From: Moraxella nasovis
GTDB lineage: Bacteria; Pseudomonadota; Gammaproteobacteria; Pseudomonadales; Moraxellaceae
Assembly (NCBI RefSeq): GCF_022701215.1
Contig: NZ_CP089976.1
Coordinates: 1,020,001 to 1,052,000, forward strand
Direction of reading: 5' to 3'
Length of the DNA: 32,000 nt
Below the pieces are notes generated by a model. It worked only from the letters and a program-made list of their open reading frames with translations. It made no database searches and was not told where the DNA came from. The position numbers and the translations under genes were made by a program. Position 1 is the first letter of the stretch; each line of letters begins with the position of its first letter. Below are positions 24,862-32,000 of the stretch, piece after piece.

Positions 24862-24901
24862 AAGTGAAGATAGACTGAAGATAGACAAACTATCTTCACT
24901 T
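24862..24901 (-). terminator. Stem-loop immediately 3' of the phosphohexomutase gene
   Basis: Perfect 12-bp stem aagtgaagatag (24862-24873) / ctatcttcactt (24890-24901), starting 8 nt beyond the stop (24909-24911). There is no clear U-tract. The loop contains a second copy of gaagatagac. Confidence 0.5.
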
Positions 24902-24908
24902 GGTATAT

Positions 24909-26327
24909 CTAACTATCAGATCGCACAGCACCGCATTCATACAGTACTGCTAAGATTTCATCAGTTCTTTGGGCAAGCAGAGCCTTATCGCCTTTGGTCT
25001 CAATGTTTAGGCGAATTAGGGGTTCGGTATTGCTTGAACGCAAGTTAAATCGCCATTCACCAAAGTCAAGGCTTGTGCCATCAAGTGTGTTTTCTTGTGG
25101 GTTTAGTGAGATGAATTTGGCTTTTAAGTGTTGGGCGATTTCATCGGCAGTTACATCACTGAGTTTAAAATTAAGCTCGCCTGAGCTTGGAAAGTCATTT
25201 AGGTAGCCGTCTACAAGTTCTGATAGGCTTTTGCCTGTTGTTGAAAGCAGTTCGGCAACCAAAAGCCAAGGTATCATACCGCTGTCGCAATAAAAAAAGT
25301 CCTTAAAATAGTGATGAGCCGACATTTCCCCGCCATAAATACTAGCCGTTTGACGCATGACTTGCTTAATAAAAGAATGTCCTGACTTACTTAGGTTTGC
25401 TTTGCCGTTATTTTTGGCGATGACGTGTTCTGTGTTATACACTACCCTTGGGTCGTAGGTGATGCCTGAGTTTGGCACTTTATCTAAGAAAGCCTGAGCC
25501 AGCATACCAACGACATATGATCCATCAATAAATCGTCCAGATTCATCAAACAAAAAACAGCGATCAAAATCGCCATCAAACGCCACGCCAAAATCCGCCT
25601 GATGAGCGACAACCGCATCAGCGGTGGATTTTTGGTTGGCGATAATCATGGGGTTGGGAATGCCGTTTGGAAATGTGCCATCAGGCTTGTGATGGATTTT
25701 AATCAGCTTAATAGGCGTGTCTGACAGTCGCTTTTGTAACGCATCCACCACAGGGCCTGCCGAGCCATTACCACTGTTAATGACGATGGTTTTTGGGGTA
25801 AAGTTTTTGGTATCAATAAAACTCATAAGCTTATCAATATAGGCGGTTTTATCGCTCATTAGCACAGTTTTACCTTTGGTGTGTGTGGTAAATGCCCCTG
25901 ACTCGGCTAAGGCTTGAATCTGTTTTAAGCCTGTATCTGCTGAGATAGGGCGAGAGTTTTCACGCACCATTTTTAAGCCGTTAAAGTTAATGGGATTATG
26001 GCTTGCTGTAACTTCAATACCACCAATGGCGTTATGATGACTGGTGGCAAAATACACCTCTTCGGTGCCTGTCATGCCAAGATCGATAACATCAACCCCT
26101 GCGTCAGTTATGCCATCTATGGCGGCAGTTTTTAGGCTTTGGCTTGAAGGGCGAATATCACTACCAATGACGATGACAGGATTTGGCTTGTCACTTTGCA
26201 CAGATAAAATCTGAGCGAATGCTCGTCCAATGCGGTAGGCTATCGTCTCATCTAGGTTGATATTAAGCTCGCCACGCACGTCATACGCCTTAAAGCAGGT
26301 GATGGCTATGGGGTTAAAGTTTGGCAT
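24909..26327 (-). CDS. manB: Phosphomannomutase/phosphoglucomutase (CpsG/ManB-type alpha-D-phosphohexomutase)
   Basis: CFKAYDVRG, active-site GIEVTASHNPINFNGLKM, metal loop GVAFDGDFDRCFLFD, GEMSAHHYF and NLRSSNTEPLIRLNIE. The ATG at 26327 (MPNFNPIAITCFKAYDVRG) is preferred over the ORF-track start at 26393, which adds an implausible hydrophobic leader. Confidence 0.9.
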   Translation of the reverse strand: MPNFNPIAITCFKAYDVRGELNINLDETIAYRIGRAFAQILSVQSDKPNPVIVIGSDIRPSSQSLKTAAIDGITDAGVDVIDLGMTGTEEVYFATSHHNAIGGIEVTASHNPINFNGLKMVRENSRPISADTGLKQIQALAESGAFTTHTKGKTVLMSDKTAYIDKLMSFIDTKNFTPKTIVINSGNGSAGPVVDALQKRLSDTPIKLIKIHHKPDGTFPNGIPNPMIIANQKSTADAVVAHQADFGVAFDGDFDRCFLFDESGRFIDGSYVVGMLAQAFLDKVPNSGITYDPRVVYNTEHVIAKNNGKANLSKSGHSFIKQVMRQTASIYGGEMSAHHYFKDFFYCDSGMIPWLLVAELLSTTGKSLSELVDGYLNDFPSSGELNFKLSDVTADEIAQHLKAKFISLNPQENTLDGTSLDFGEWRFNLRSSNTEPLIRLNIETKGDKALLAQRTDEILAVLYECGAVRSDS

Positions 26328-26505
26328 GATTGTTCCCAAAAAGTATAAAGTATAAATAAACTTGATTTGCATTGTAGCATAAATCCACCACAAATCTGAG
26401 AGACTTATTTGGTGATTTATGTGGTCAGATGATGATTGACTTTATGGGCAATATATTCCAAAATAGCATAATAATAGTAGCATTTGATTTAAAACTTCAT
26501 CAACT

Positions 26506-26545
26506 GACTTTATTACAATACATTCGACTTTATTACAATACATTC
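26506..26545 (+). repeat. Perfect 20-bp tandem duplication (2 copies) in the cysK upstream region
   Basis: gactttattacaatacattc at 26506-26525 is repeated exactly at 26526-26545. The pair is flanked by TTCATCAA on both sides and ends 27 nt before the cysK ATG. Confidence 0.95.
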
Positions 26546-26571
26546 ATCAATAAATTACCATCGGAGTAATT

Positions 26572-27501
26572 ATGAACATTGCAAACAACATCACCGATTT
26601 AATCGGCAACACCCCTTTGGTCAAGCTACACACGCTCACCAAAGGTGCTAAGGCGGACGTACTTGCCAAGCTTGAGTATTTTAATCCTGCAAGCTCGGTT
26701 AAAGACCGCATTGCTTTATCCATGATAAATGAGGCAGAAAAATCAGGCAAGTTAAAGGCAGGCGATACCATTGTGGAGGCGACATCTGGCAACACAGGTA
26801 TCGGGCTTGCGATGGTAGCAGCAGCTCGTGGTTATCGCCTTGTTATTACTATGCCTGAGAGTATGAGTCTTGAGCGTCGTACGTTATTAAAAGCTTATGG
26901 AGCAGAGCTCGTATTAACACCTGCGTCAGAGGGTATGGGTGGGGCGATTGCCAAAGCTGATGAATTGGCAGCACAAGATGGCTATTTTATGCCACGTCAA
27001 TTTGACAACCTTGCCAATCCCAAAATCCACCGTGAAACTACCGCCCTTGAGATTTGGGAAGATACAGATGGCAAGGTGGATATTGTTGTGGCAGGTATTG
27101 GCACAGGCGGTACGATTACAGGCGTGGGTGAGGTATTAAAAGATAAAAACCCTGACATTCAAATCATCGCCGTTGAGCCAGCCGACTCACCTGTCTTTAG
27201 TGGCGGCGAAAAAGGTGCTCATAAATTACAAGGCTTAGCCCCAGGCTTTGTGCCAAGTATCTTAAACACCAAAATTTATGATGAAGTGATCACTGTTAGC
27301 ACCGAAGACGCTTTTGCCACTTCACGGCGTATGGCAAGTGAGGAAGGGATTTTGGTGGGTATCTCAGCAGGGGCGGCAGTTTGGTCAGCCTTACAAGTGG
27401 CAAGCCGAGAAGAAAACGCTGGTAAAACCATCGTGGTTATTATCCCATCATCAGGCGAGCGGTATTTGTCTACGGCACTGTTTGCGGATTTGGCACAGTG
27501 A
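26572..27501 (+). CDS. cysK: Cysteine synthase A (O-acetylserine sulfhydrylase)
   Basis: 309 aa. [13 protein letters not shown] lysine context [27 protein letters not shown] and [16 protein letters not shown] lies upstream. Confidence 0.95.
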   Translation: MNIANNITDLIGNTPLVKLHTLTKGAKADVLAKLEYFNPASSVKDRIALSMINEAEKSGKLKAGDTIVEATSGNTGIGLAMVAAARGYRLVITMPESMSLERRTLLKAYGAELVLTPASEGMGGAIAKADELAAQDGYFMPRQFDNLANPKIHRETTALEIWEDTDGKVDIVVAGIGTGGTITGVGEVLKDKNPDIQIIAVEPADSPVFSGGEKGAHKLQGLAPGFVPSILNTKIYDEVITVSTEDAFATSRRMASEEGILVGISAGAAVWSALQVASREENAGKTIVVIIPSSGERYLSTALFADLAQ

Positions 27502-27543
27502 TTTGTGGCTAAATTGACTGAAACTGCATGAAATTTTTATAAA

Positions 27544-27578
27544 AAACCCATTATCTTGTTATAATGGGTTTTATTTTT
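27544..27578 (+). terminator. Rho-independent terminator of cysK
   Basis: 11-bp stem aaacccattat (27544-27554) / ataatgggttt (27561-27571) with a 6-nt loop, followed by tatttttgg (T-rich). Confidence 0.75.
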
Positions 27579-27590
27579 GGTGTAATCGTG

Positions 27591-28418
27591 ATGACCCCAA
27601 CCGATAATTTTAATGATTTATTAGCTTTAATGGCGACCTTAAGACAAGAGTGTCCTTGGGATAAAAAACAAACCAATAACAGCCTACAAAAATACGCCAT
27701 TGAAGAAGTGTTTGAGCTGATAGAGGCAATTGGGGCAGATGATGGCAGTGCTTACGCAACCAATGAGTTAAAAGGTGAGCTTGGCGATGTGCTACTGCAG
27801 GTGATTTTTCATGCTCATTTATATAATGAGCAGGGGCGGTTTGATATGGGTGATGTGATTTATCATTTACAAGAAAAACTCATCAGACGACACCCGCACG
27901 TCTTTGACAAAGAAAACCTAATAACCGATGACGATGTCAAACGCCGTTGGGACGAGATTAAGGCGATTGAAAATCAAGGCAAACCCAAACGCTTGCTTAG
28001 CGATGTTAAGGCAGGTACGGCACTTAATACCGCCCAAAACTTAACAAAACAAGCAAGCACGGTCGGCTTTGACTGGGACAATCTGCAAGGCGTGTTGGAT
28101 AAATTGTCCGAAGAGATGGACGAGTTTAAAGATGAATTGCCAAGTGGTGATTTTGCTTATCAAACCGAGCAATTGGATAAATCACAAAAAGACAAAATCA
28201 GCGATGAGCTTGGCGATGTGCTGTTTGTGCTAAGTAATGTGGCACGGCATTTGGGCATTGATGCGGAGATGGCACTGCATGGGGCGAATGCCAAGTTTCG
28301 CCGTAGGTTTGCTTATATAGAGACAAGTTTATTAAGCCAAGGCAAAGATTTTAAAGACAGCGATTTGGCAGAAATGGATAGCCTTTGGGATAAAGCTAAA
28401 GCATATGAAAAGCAGTAA
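27591..28418 (+). CDS. mazG: Nucleoside triphosphate pyrophosphohydrolase MazG
   Basis: Two MazG repeats: ECPWDKKQT..SL..YAIEEVFELIEAI...ELGDVLLQV and EEMDEFKDE...ELGDVLFVL. ATG 27591 is preferred because the ORF-track ATG 27564 lies inside the cysK terminator stem. Confidence 0.9.
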   Translation: MTPTDNFNDLLALMATLRQECPWDKKQTNNSLQKYAIEEVFELIEAIGADDGSAYATNELKGELGDVLLQVIFHAHLYNEQGRFDMGDVIYHLQEKLIRRHPHVFDKENLITDDDVKRRWDEIKAIENQGKPKRLLSDVKAGTALNTAQNLTKQASTVGFDWDNLQGVLDKLSEEMDEFKDELPSGDFAYQTEQLDKSQKDKISDELGDVLFVLSNVARHLGIDAEMALHGANAKFRRRFAYIETSLLSQGKDFKDSDLAEMDSLWDKAKAYEKQ

Positions 28419-28737
28419 ACTACTCTTATGCGTGCTGGGACTGTACACCCATGTTGCTTATGCTAATCAGTGCTATGCTGATCCGCAGATTGCCTATCAA
28501 GCGATGATGACTCATCACACACAGACCCAAAAGTTGGCAAATCGTATTAATATCAACACCGCTACTGCTGCCGACTTTCTTAGCCTGACAGGCGTGGGTG
28601 TAAAGACTGCGAAAGCCATCGTGCAGTATCGGCAGACGGTGGGTAATTTTCAGACAATCCAAGATATTACCCAAGTAAAAGGCGTCGGTCAGGCAACTTT
28701 TGAGAAAAATAAACATCGCTTAACGGTGCTAGACTAA
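28405..28737 (+). CDS. comEA: Competence protein ComEA (periplasmic helix-hairpin-helix DNA receptor)
   Basis: 110 aa. Signal peptide (MKSSKLLLCVLGLYTHVAYA), then INTATAADFLSLTGVGVKTAKAIVQYR...FQTIQDITQVKGVGQATFEKNK, a tandem HhH ComEA motif. It overlaps the mazG 3' end by 14 nt. Confidence 0.88.
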   Translation: MKSSKLLLCVLGLYTHVAYANQCYADPQIAYQAMMTHHTQTQKLANRININTATAADFLSLTGVGVKTAKAIVQYRQTVGNFQTIQDITQVKGVGQATFEKNKHRLTVLD

Positions 28738-28845
28738 GTATGGTACTTGGTTTATTTGGGAGTAATGACCAAAAACAAATTCGCTTTTTTTATTAATAAA
28801 GGTTAAAATAGTGGGTTATTTATCACAAAATAAGCGGAGACAGGC

Positions 28846-30660
28846 ATGGCAAGAACGCCAGCTAAATCTAGAAAAAATTCCAAAAAAGTCAGCCCTGTGA
28901 TTCATGATGCTGCTGCCCTTGGGCTAAAACGCAATGCTTTGCCGCACAGCATTGTGGAAGTGGTTGGTACGCTTATCAAAGCAGGCTTTGATGCTTATAT
29001 CGTCGGAGGCGGTGTGCGTGATAGCTTGCTTGGGCTTGCCCCAAAAGACTTCGATGCAGTAACCAATGCTCGCCCGCATGAGATTAAGGCGATATTTGGC
29101 GGTCGTTGCCGTATTATCGGCAGACGCTTTCAGCTTGCCCATGTGTACAGCGGTCGTGAGATGATAGAGGTGGCGACGTTTCGAGCTGCGCCTAAGGACG
29201 ACACGCACACCACAGATGATGGTATGATTACCCGTGATAATGTGTGGGGGACGATTGAAGAGGACTTTATCAGACGGGATTTTTCGATTAATGCACTGTA
29301 TTATAATCCCATCAAAGGCGAGGTGCTTGATTTTTGTGGGGCATTACAAGATATTAAGCAAAAACGTCTAAGACTGCTTGGAGATGCCAAGCTGCGTGTA
29401 GAAGAAGACCCTGTGCGTCTGCTTCGCGCTTTACGATTTAAGGCGAAGTTGGGATTTGATTTTGATAAAACGTTATCAAAGCAGTTTCATGGCGACAATT
29501 GGGCTTTGCTTGAGCAGGTGTCTGCACACAGATTATACGATGAAACCCAAAAGATGTTCACAGGCGGCTATCTGACACCACTTTTGCCTTTATTGTATAA
29601 ATATGGAGCGATGTCTAGCCTAATGGCTTATGCCGCCCAAGAGCCATCAAAGCTTAGCACTCAAGTTGCCATCAATTCAGACAGACGCGTTGATGAGGGT
29701 AAGACTTTAAATCCTGCATTTTTTTATGCGGTGCTTTTGTGGGAAAACTACCTATATCATTTGGCAAAATTTAAGAAAAAAGGTCTGCCATTTTACGAAG
29801 CTCAGCTTAAGGCGAGTGCAAAAGCGGTGGACGCCCAAAGAGTTAAGACAGCTATCCCTAGGTTTGCCGAAGAATTTATCTCACAAATCTGGATTATGCA
29901 GGCTAAGCTTGTAAATCCCCGTGTCAAACAAATCGCAGTCTTAGAAAAAATGCCAAAGTTTCGGGCGGCATTTGACTTTTTGGTACTGCGTGAGCAGTTT
30001 GATGATCATCCGTTATCAGAGCCGACCAATGGCATGGCAGCTTGGTGGCAAGCCTACCAAGAGACAGATGAGCTAAATCGTGAGCGTATGATCGATGAGC
30101 TGGCGACAGGTGATGTGCCAACCAAACGCCGCAAAAAACGCAAAACAGAAGATAAGGCTGAATTGCACCAGTTGCAACAGCTGTCTTTGGGTGAAGATAA
30201 GCCATCAGATAAGCCAGAGCCACTCTTTGTGGTCGAAGGTGTCAACGAGCTGCTTGAATCGCACCAAATGCCACAAAAACCAAAGCTACGCCAGCCAGAA
30301 GTGGCATTACCCGCCTTTGAGGTGGTGGCGTACACTGAAGATGACTTTTTAAAGCTGCTTAATAATGATGAGCCTTATATTCCAAGCAGTCGCTTGCGTA
30401 AGCGTAAGCCGTCATCTTCTTTATCGGTCAAAGAGCGTGAAAGTGGCATGACCCAACAAGTGCCTGCTACATCTAAAGAGCCTAAAAAGTCCACCAGACA
30501 AGCCAGAGTGCCTAGGGCTAATAAACCCACAGCTAAACCAAATCAACTAGCTAAGACAAAGATTGAGACTAAGACTAAGACCGAAACTAAGACGGCAGAC
30601 CAAAAGAGCAAACCACGGCGTAAACGCAAGCCTAATGCTAAGCCAAAAGCGACAGATTAG
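28846..30660 (+). CDS. pcnB: Poly(A) polymerase I with a long basic low-complexity C-terminal tail
   Basis: AYIVGGGVRDSLLGLAPKDFDAVTNARPHEI, CRIIGRRFQLAHV, RRDFSINALYY and DPVRLLRALRF are PcnB/CCA-family head-domain motifs. SD GGAGA. The last ~180 aa are K/R/P/T/E-rich. It is followed by folK, the conserved pcnB-folK pair. Confidence 0.93.
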   Translation: MARTPAKSRKNSKKVSPVIHDAAALGLKRNALPHSIVEVVGTLIKAGFDAYIVGGGVRDSLLGLAPKDFDAVTNARPHEIKAIFGGRCRIIGRRFQLAHVYSGREMIEVATFRAAPKDDTHTTDDGMITRDNVWGTIEEDFIRRDFSINALYYNPIKGEVLDFCGALQDIKQKRLRLLGDAKLRVEEDPVRLLRALRFKAKLGFDFDKTLSKQFHGDNWALLEQVSAHRLYDETQKMFTGGYLTPLLPLLYKYGAMSSLMAYAAQEPSKLSTQVAINSDRRVDEGKTLNPAFFYAVLLWENYLYHLAKFKKKGLPFYEAQLKASAKAVDAQRVKTAIPRFAEEFISQIWIMQAKLVNPRVKQIAVLEKMPKFRAAFDFLVLREQFDDHPLSEPTNGMAAWWQAYQETDELNRERMIDELATGDVPTKRRKKRKTEDKAELHQLQQLSLGEDKPSDKPEPLFVVEGVNELLESHQMPQKPKLRQPEVALPAFEVVAYTEDDFLKLLNNDEPYIPSSRLRKRKPSSSLSVKERESGMTQQVPATSKEPKKSTRQARVPRANKPTAKPNQLAKTKIETKTKTETKTADQKSKPRRKRKPNAKPKATD

Positions 30661-30669
30661 GTGGGCGAC

Positions 30670-31167
30670 ATGAGTACATGGGAGCAGATATATCTGGGGC
30701 TAGGTGGGAATATTACAAACGATCTTGGCGATCCTGCTAGCCATATTATGGCGGTGGCAGATACGCTTTGTGATAACGAGCATTTTTGTGATGTACAGCT
30801 GTCATCACTGTATGCTTCTAAGCCATTTGGGGTGGTTGATCAGCCTGACTTTATTAACGCTGTGTTATCTGCTAAGACAGATTTATCGCCATTGGCATTG
30901 CTTGATGTCTGCCAACAGCTAGAAAAAAATGCAGGTCGGGTTAAATTACGCCATTGGGGTGAGCGTTCGCTTGATGTGGATGTGTTATTTTATGGCGATC
31001 AGACGATCCAAAACGACAGATTAACCGTGCCACACGCTTATCTTTTTGAACGTAATTTTGTGCTTGTACCACTCGCTGAGCTTAATCCATGCTTAACGAT
31101 TAATGGCAAAAAGATTGCAGATGAGCTGTGGGCAAACGACTTATCTGGACTGACGAAGCTTGCTTAA
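30670..31167 (+). CDS. folK: 2-amino-4-hydroxy-6-hydroxymethyldihydropteridine pyrophosphokinase (HPPK)
   Basis: IYLGLGGN, DQPDFINAVL, GERSLDVDVLFYG, RLTVPHAYLFERNFVLVPLAEL. ATG 30670 has SD AGGTGG 5 nt upstream. The alternative GTG 30661 directly abuts the pcnB stop. Confidence 0.9.
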   Translation: MSTWEQIYLGLGGNITNDLGDPASHIMAVADTLCDNEHFCDVQLSSLYASKPFGVVDQPDFINAVLSAKTDLSPLALLDVCQQLEKNAGRVKLRHWGERSLDVDVLFYGDQTIQNDRLTVPHAYLFERNFVLVPLAELNPCLTINGKKIADELWANDLSGLTKLA

Positions 31168-31231
31168 GATTGGCTTGAGTTTATTAGTTTTACACTTACT
31201 TATCAAATAACCCTTAAATGCAGAAATTTTT

Positions 31232-32000
31232 ATGAGCTATCTATCTACAGAACAAAAACCTAAAATGCCGATTACTTTATCCACCTTACAAAAGTTTAAA
31301 GCCAACGGCGAGAAATTTAGCTGTCTAACTTGTTATGACGCAAGTTTTGCAGCAGCCATGCAGACCGCTGACATTGATACGATTTTGATTGGTGACAGTC
31401 TTGGTATGGTGGTGCAAGGCAAGTCATCTACCTTACCTGTTACGGTCGCCGATATGACATATCATACGGCAAATGTCGCTCGTGCTAATAATCACGCCCT
31501 AATCATCAGCGATTTGCCGTTTATGAGCGTTGCCACGCTTGATCGAGCGATTGAAGCTAGTCTTGCGGTCATGCAGGCAGGGGCAAATATGGTGAAAATT
31601 GAAGGTGGTAGCGAGCTGTGCGACATTGTTTCGGTGCTTTCAAATAATGGCGTACCTGTGTGTGTGCATTTAGGTTTGACACCGCAATCTGTTAATGTGC
31701 TTGGCGGATATAAAGTTCAAGGCAAAACCGATGACGAGGCTCAAAAACTGCTCGATGACTGTCAAAAATTAGTGCAAGCAGGGGCAAGTATGCTACTGCT
31801 AGAGTGTGTGCCAAGTGGGCTTGCCAAAGCGGTCACCGACAGCGTACCTGTGCCTGTGATTGGCATTGGGGCAGGCGTGGATACGGACGGACAAGTGCTG
31901 GTGATGCATGATATGCTTGGCGTTTATACCCGCAAACCTGCCAAATTTGTCAAAGACTTTTTAAGTGATAAAGACAACGAAACGCACGACATCGTAGGAG
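31232..32000 (+). CDS. panB: 3-methyl-2-oxobutanoate hydroxymethyltransferase, 3' end outside the window
   Basis: My own translation of the frame open from ATG 31232 to the window end: ...LQKFKANGEKFSCLTCYDASFAAAM...ILIGDSLGMVVQG..STLPVTVADMTYHT...MVKIEGG...VCVHLGLTPQSVNVLGGYKVQGK...PVIGIGAG..TDGQVLVMHDMLG. This is not in the ORF track because no stop falls in the window. An alternative start is ATG 31265. Confidence 0.9.
   Translation, partial: MSYLSTEQKPKMPITLSTLQKFKANGEKFSCLTCYDASFAAAMQTADIDTILIGDSLGMVVQGKSSTLPVTVADMTYHTANVARANNHALIISDLPFMSVATLDRAIEASLAVMQAGANMVKIEGGSELCDIVSVLSNNGVPVCVHLGLTPQSVNVLGGYKVQGKTDDEAQKLLDDCQKLVQAGASMLLLECVPSGLAKAVTDSVPVPVIGIGAGVDTDGQVLVMHDMLGVYTRKPAKFVKDFLSDKDNETHDIVG

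Noticed and set aside
1-32000. Whole-window check for CRISPR arrays, rRNA/tRNA genes, transposases, prophage modules, toxin-antitoxin pairs or a recognisable defence island.
   Set aside because: I saw no spaced direct-repeat arrays, no rRNA- or tRNA-like sequences, and no recognisable mobile-element or defence gene families apart from the caveated dgt operon. The gene content is overwhelmingly core metabolism and DNA/RNA housekeeping.

Overview
This is a chromosomal housekeeping segment of a moderately AT-rich gammaproteobacterium. The gene content and order (pcnB-folK-panB, fmt-rsmB, yqgE-ruvX, RibBX-type ribB, no LexA box at recN) fit Moraxellaceae, but that assignment is low-confidence inference. 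I can support about 30 intact CDS: ribD (5'-partial), ribE, fmt, rsmB, an MscS-family channel, thrC, dprA, tsaC, ribB(X), rarA, dgt, tal, xerD, tusA, ruvX, yqgE, recN, rlmB, manB-type phosphohexomutase, cysK, mazG, comEA, pcnB, folK and panB (3'-partial), plus a DUF421-like membrane protein. There is also one heavily frameshifted YkvI-family membrane-protein pseudogene and three AT-rich lineage-specific ORFs. I found no rRNA, tRNA, CRISPR array, transposase, integrase other than xerD, or prophage genes, and no clear multi-gene accessory or defence island. The signals most worth a second look are mostly non-coding. (1) Four perfect DnaA boxes plus an AT-rich tract interrupt ribD and ribE, making a candidate oriC, datA-like or DARS-like locus. 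(2) The 14-bp palindromic word GTTTCAYGTGAAAC occurs five times in 32 kb, both inside genes in the same codon phase and just after gene ends. That distribution resembles a DNA-uptake-signal or REP-like genomic word, and dprA and comEA are both in this window. (3) Several perfect inverted or tandem repeats sit in promoter regions. (4) An operon couples dgt to an HEXXH protein and a DUF421-like membrane protein. (5) A double zinc-ribbon/4-TM orphan lies between ribB and rarA. Functional readings of these are inference only and need genome-wide counts and homology searches that I cannot run.
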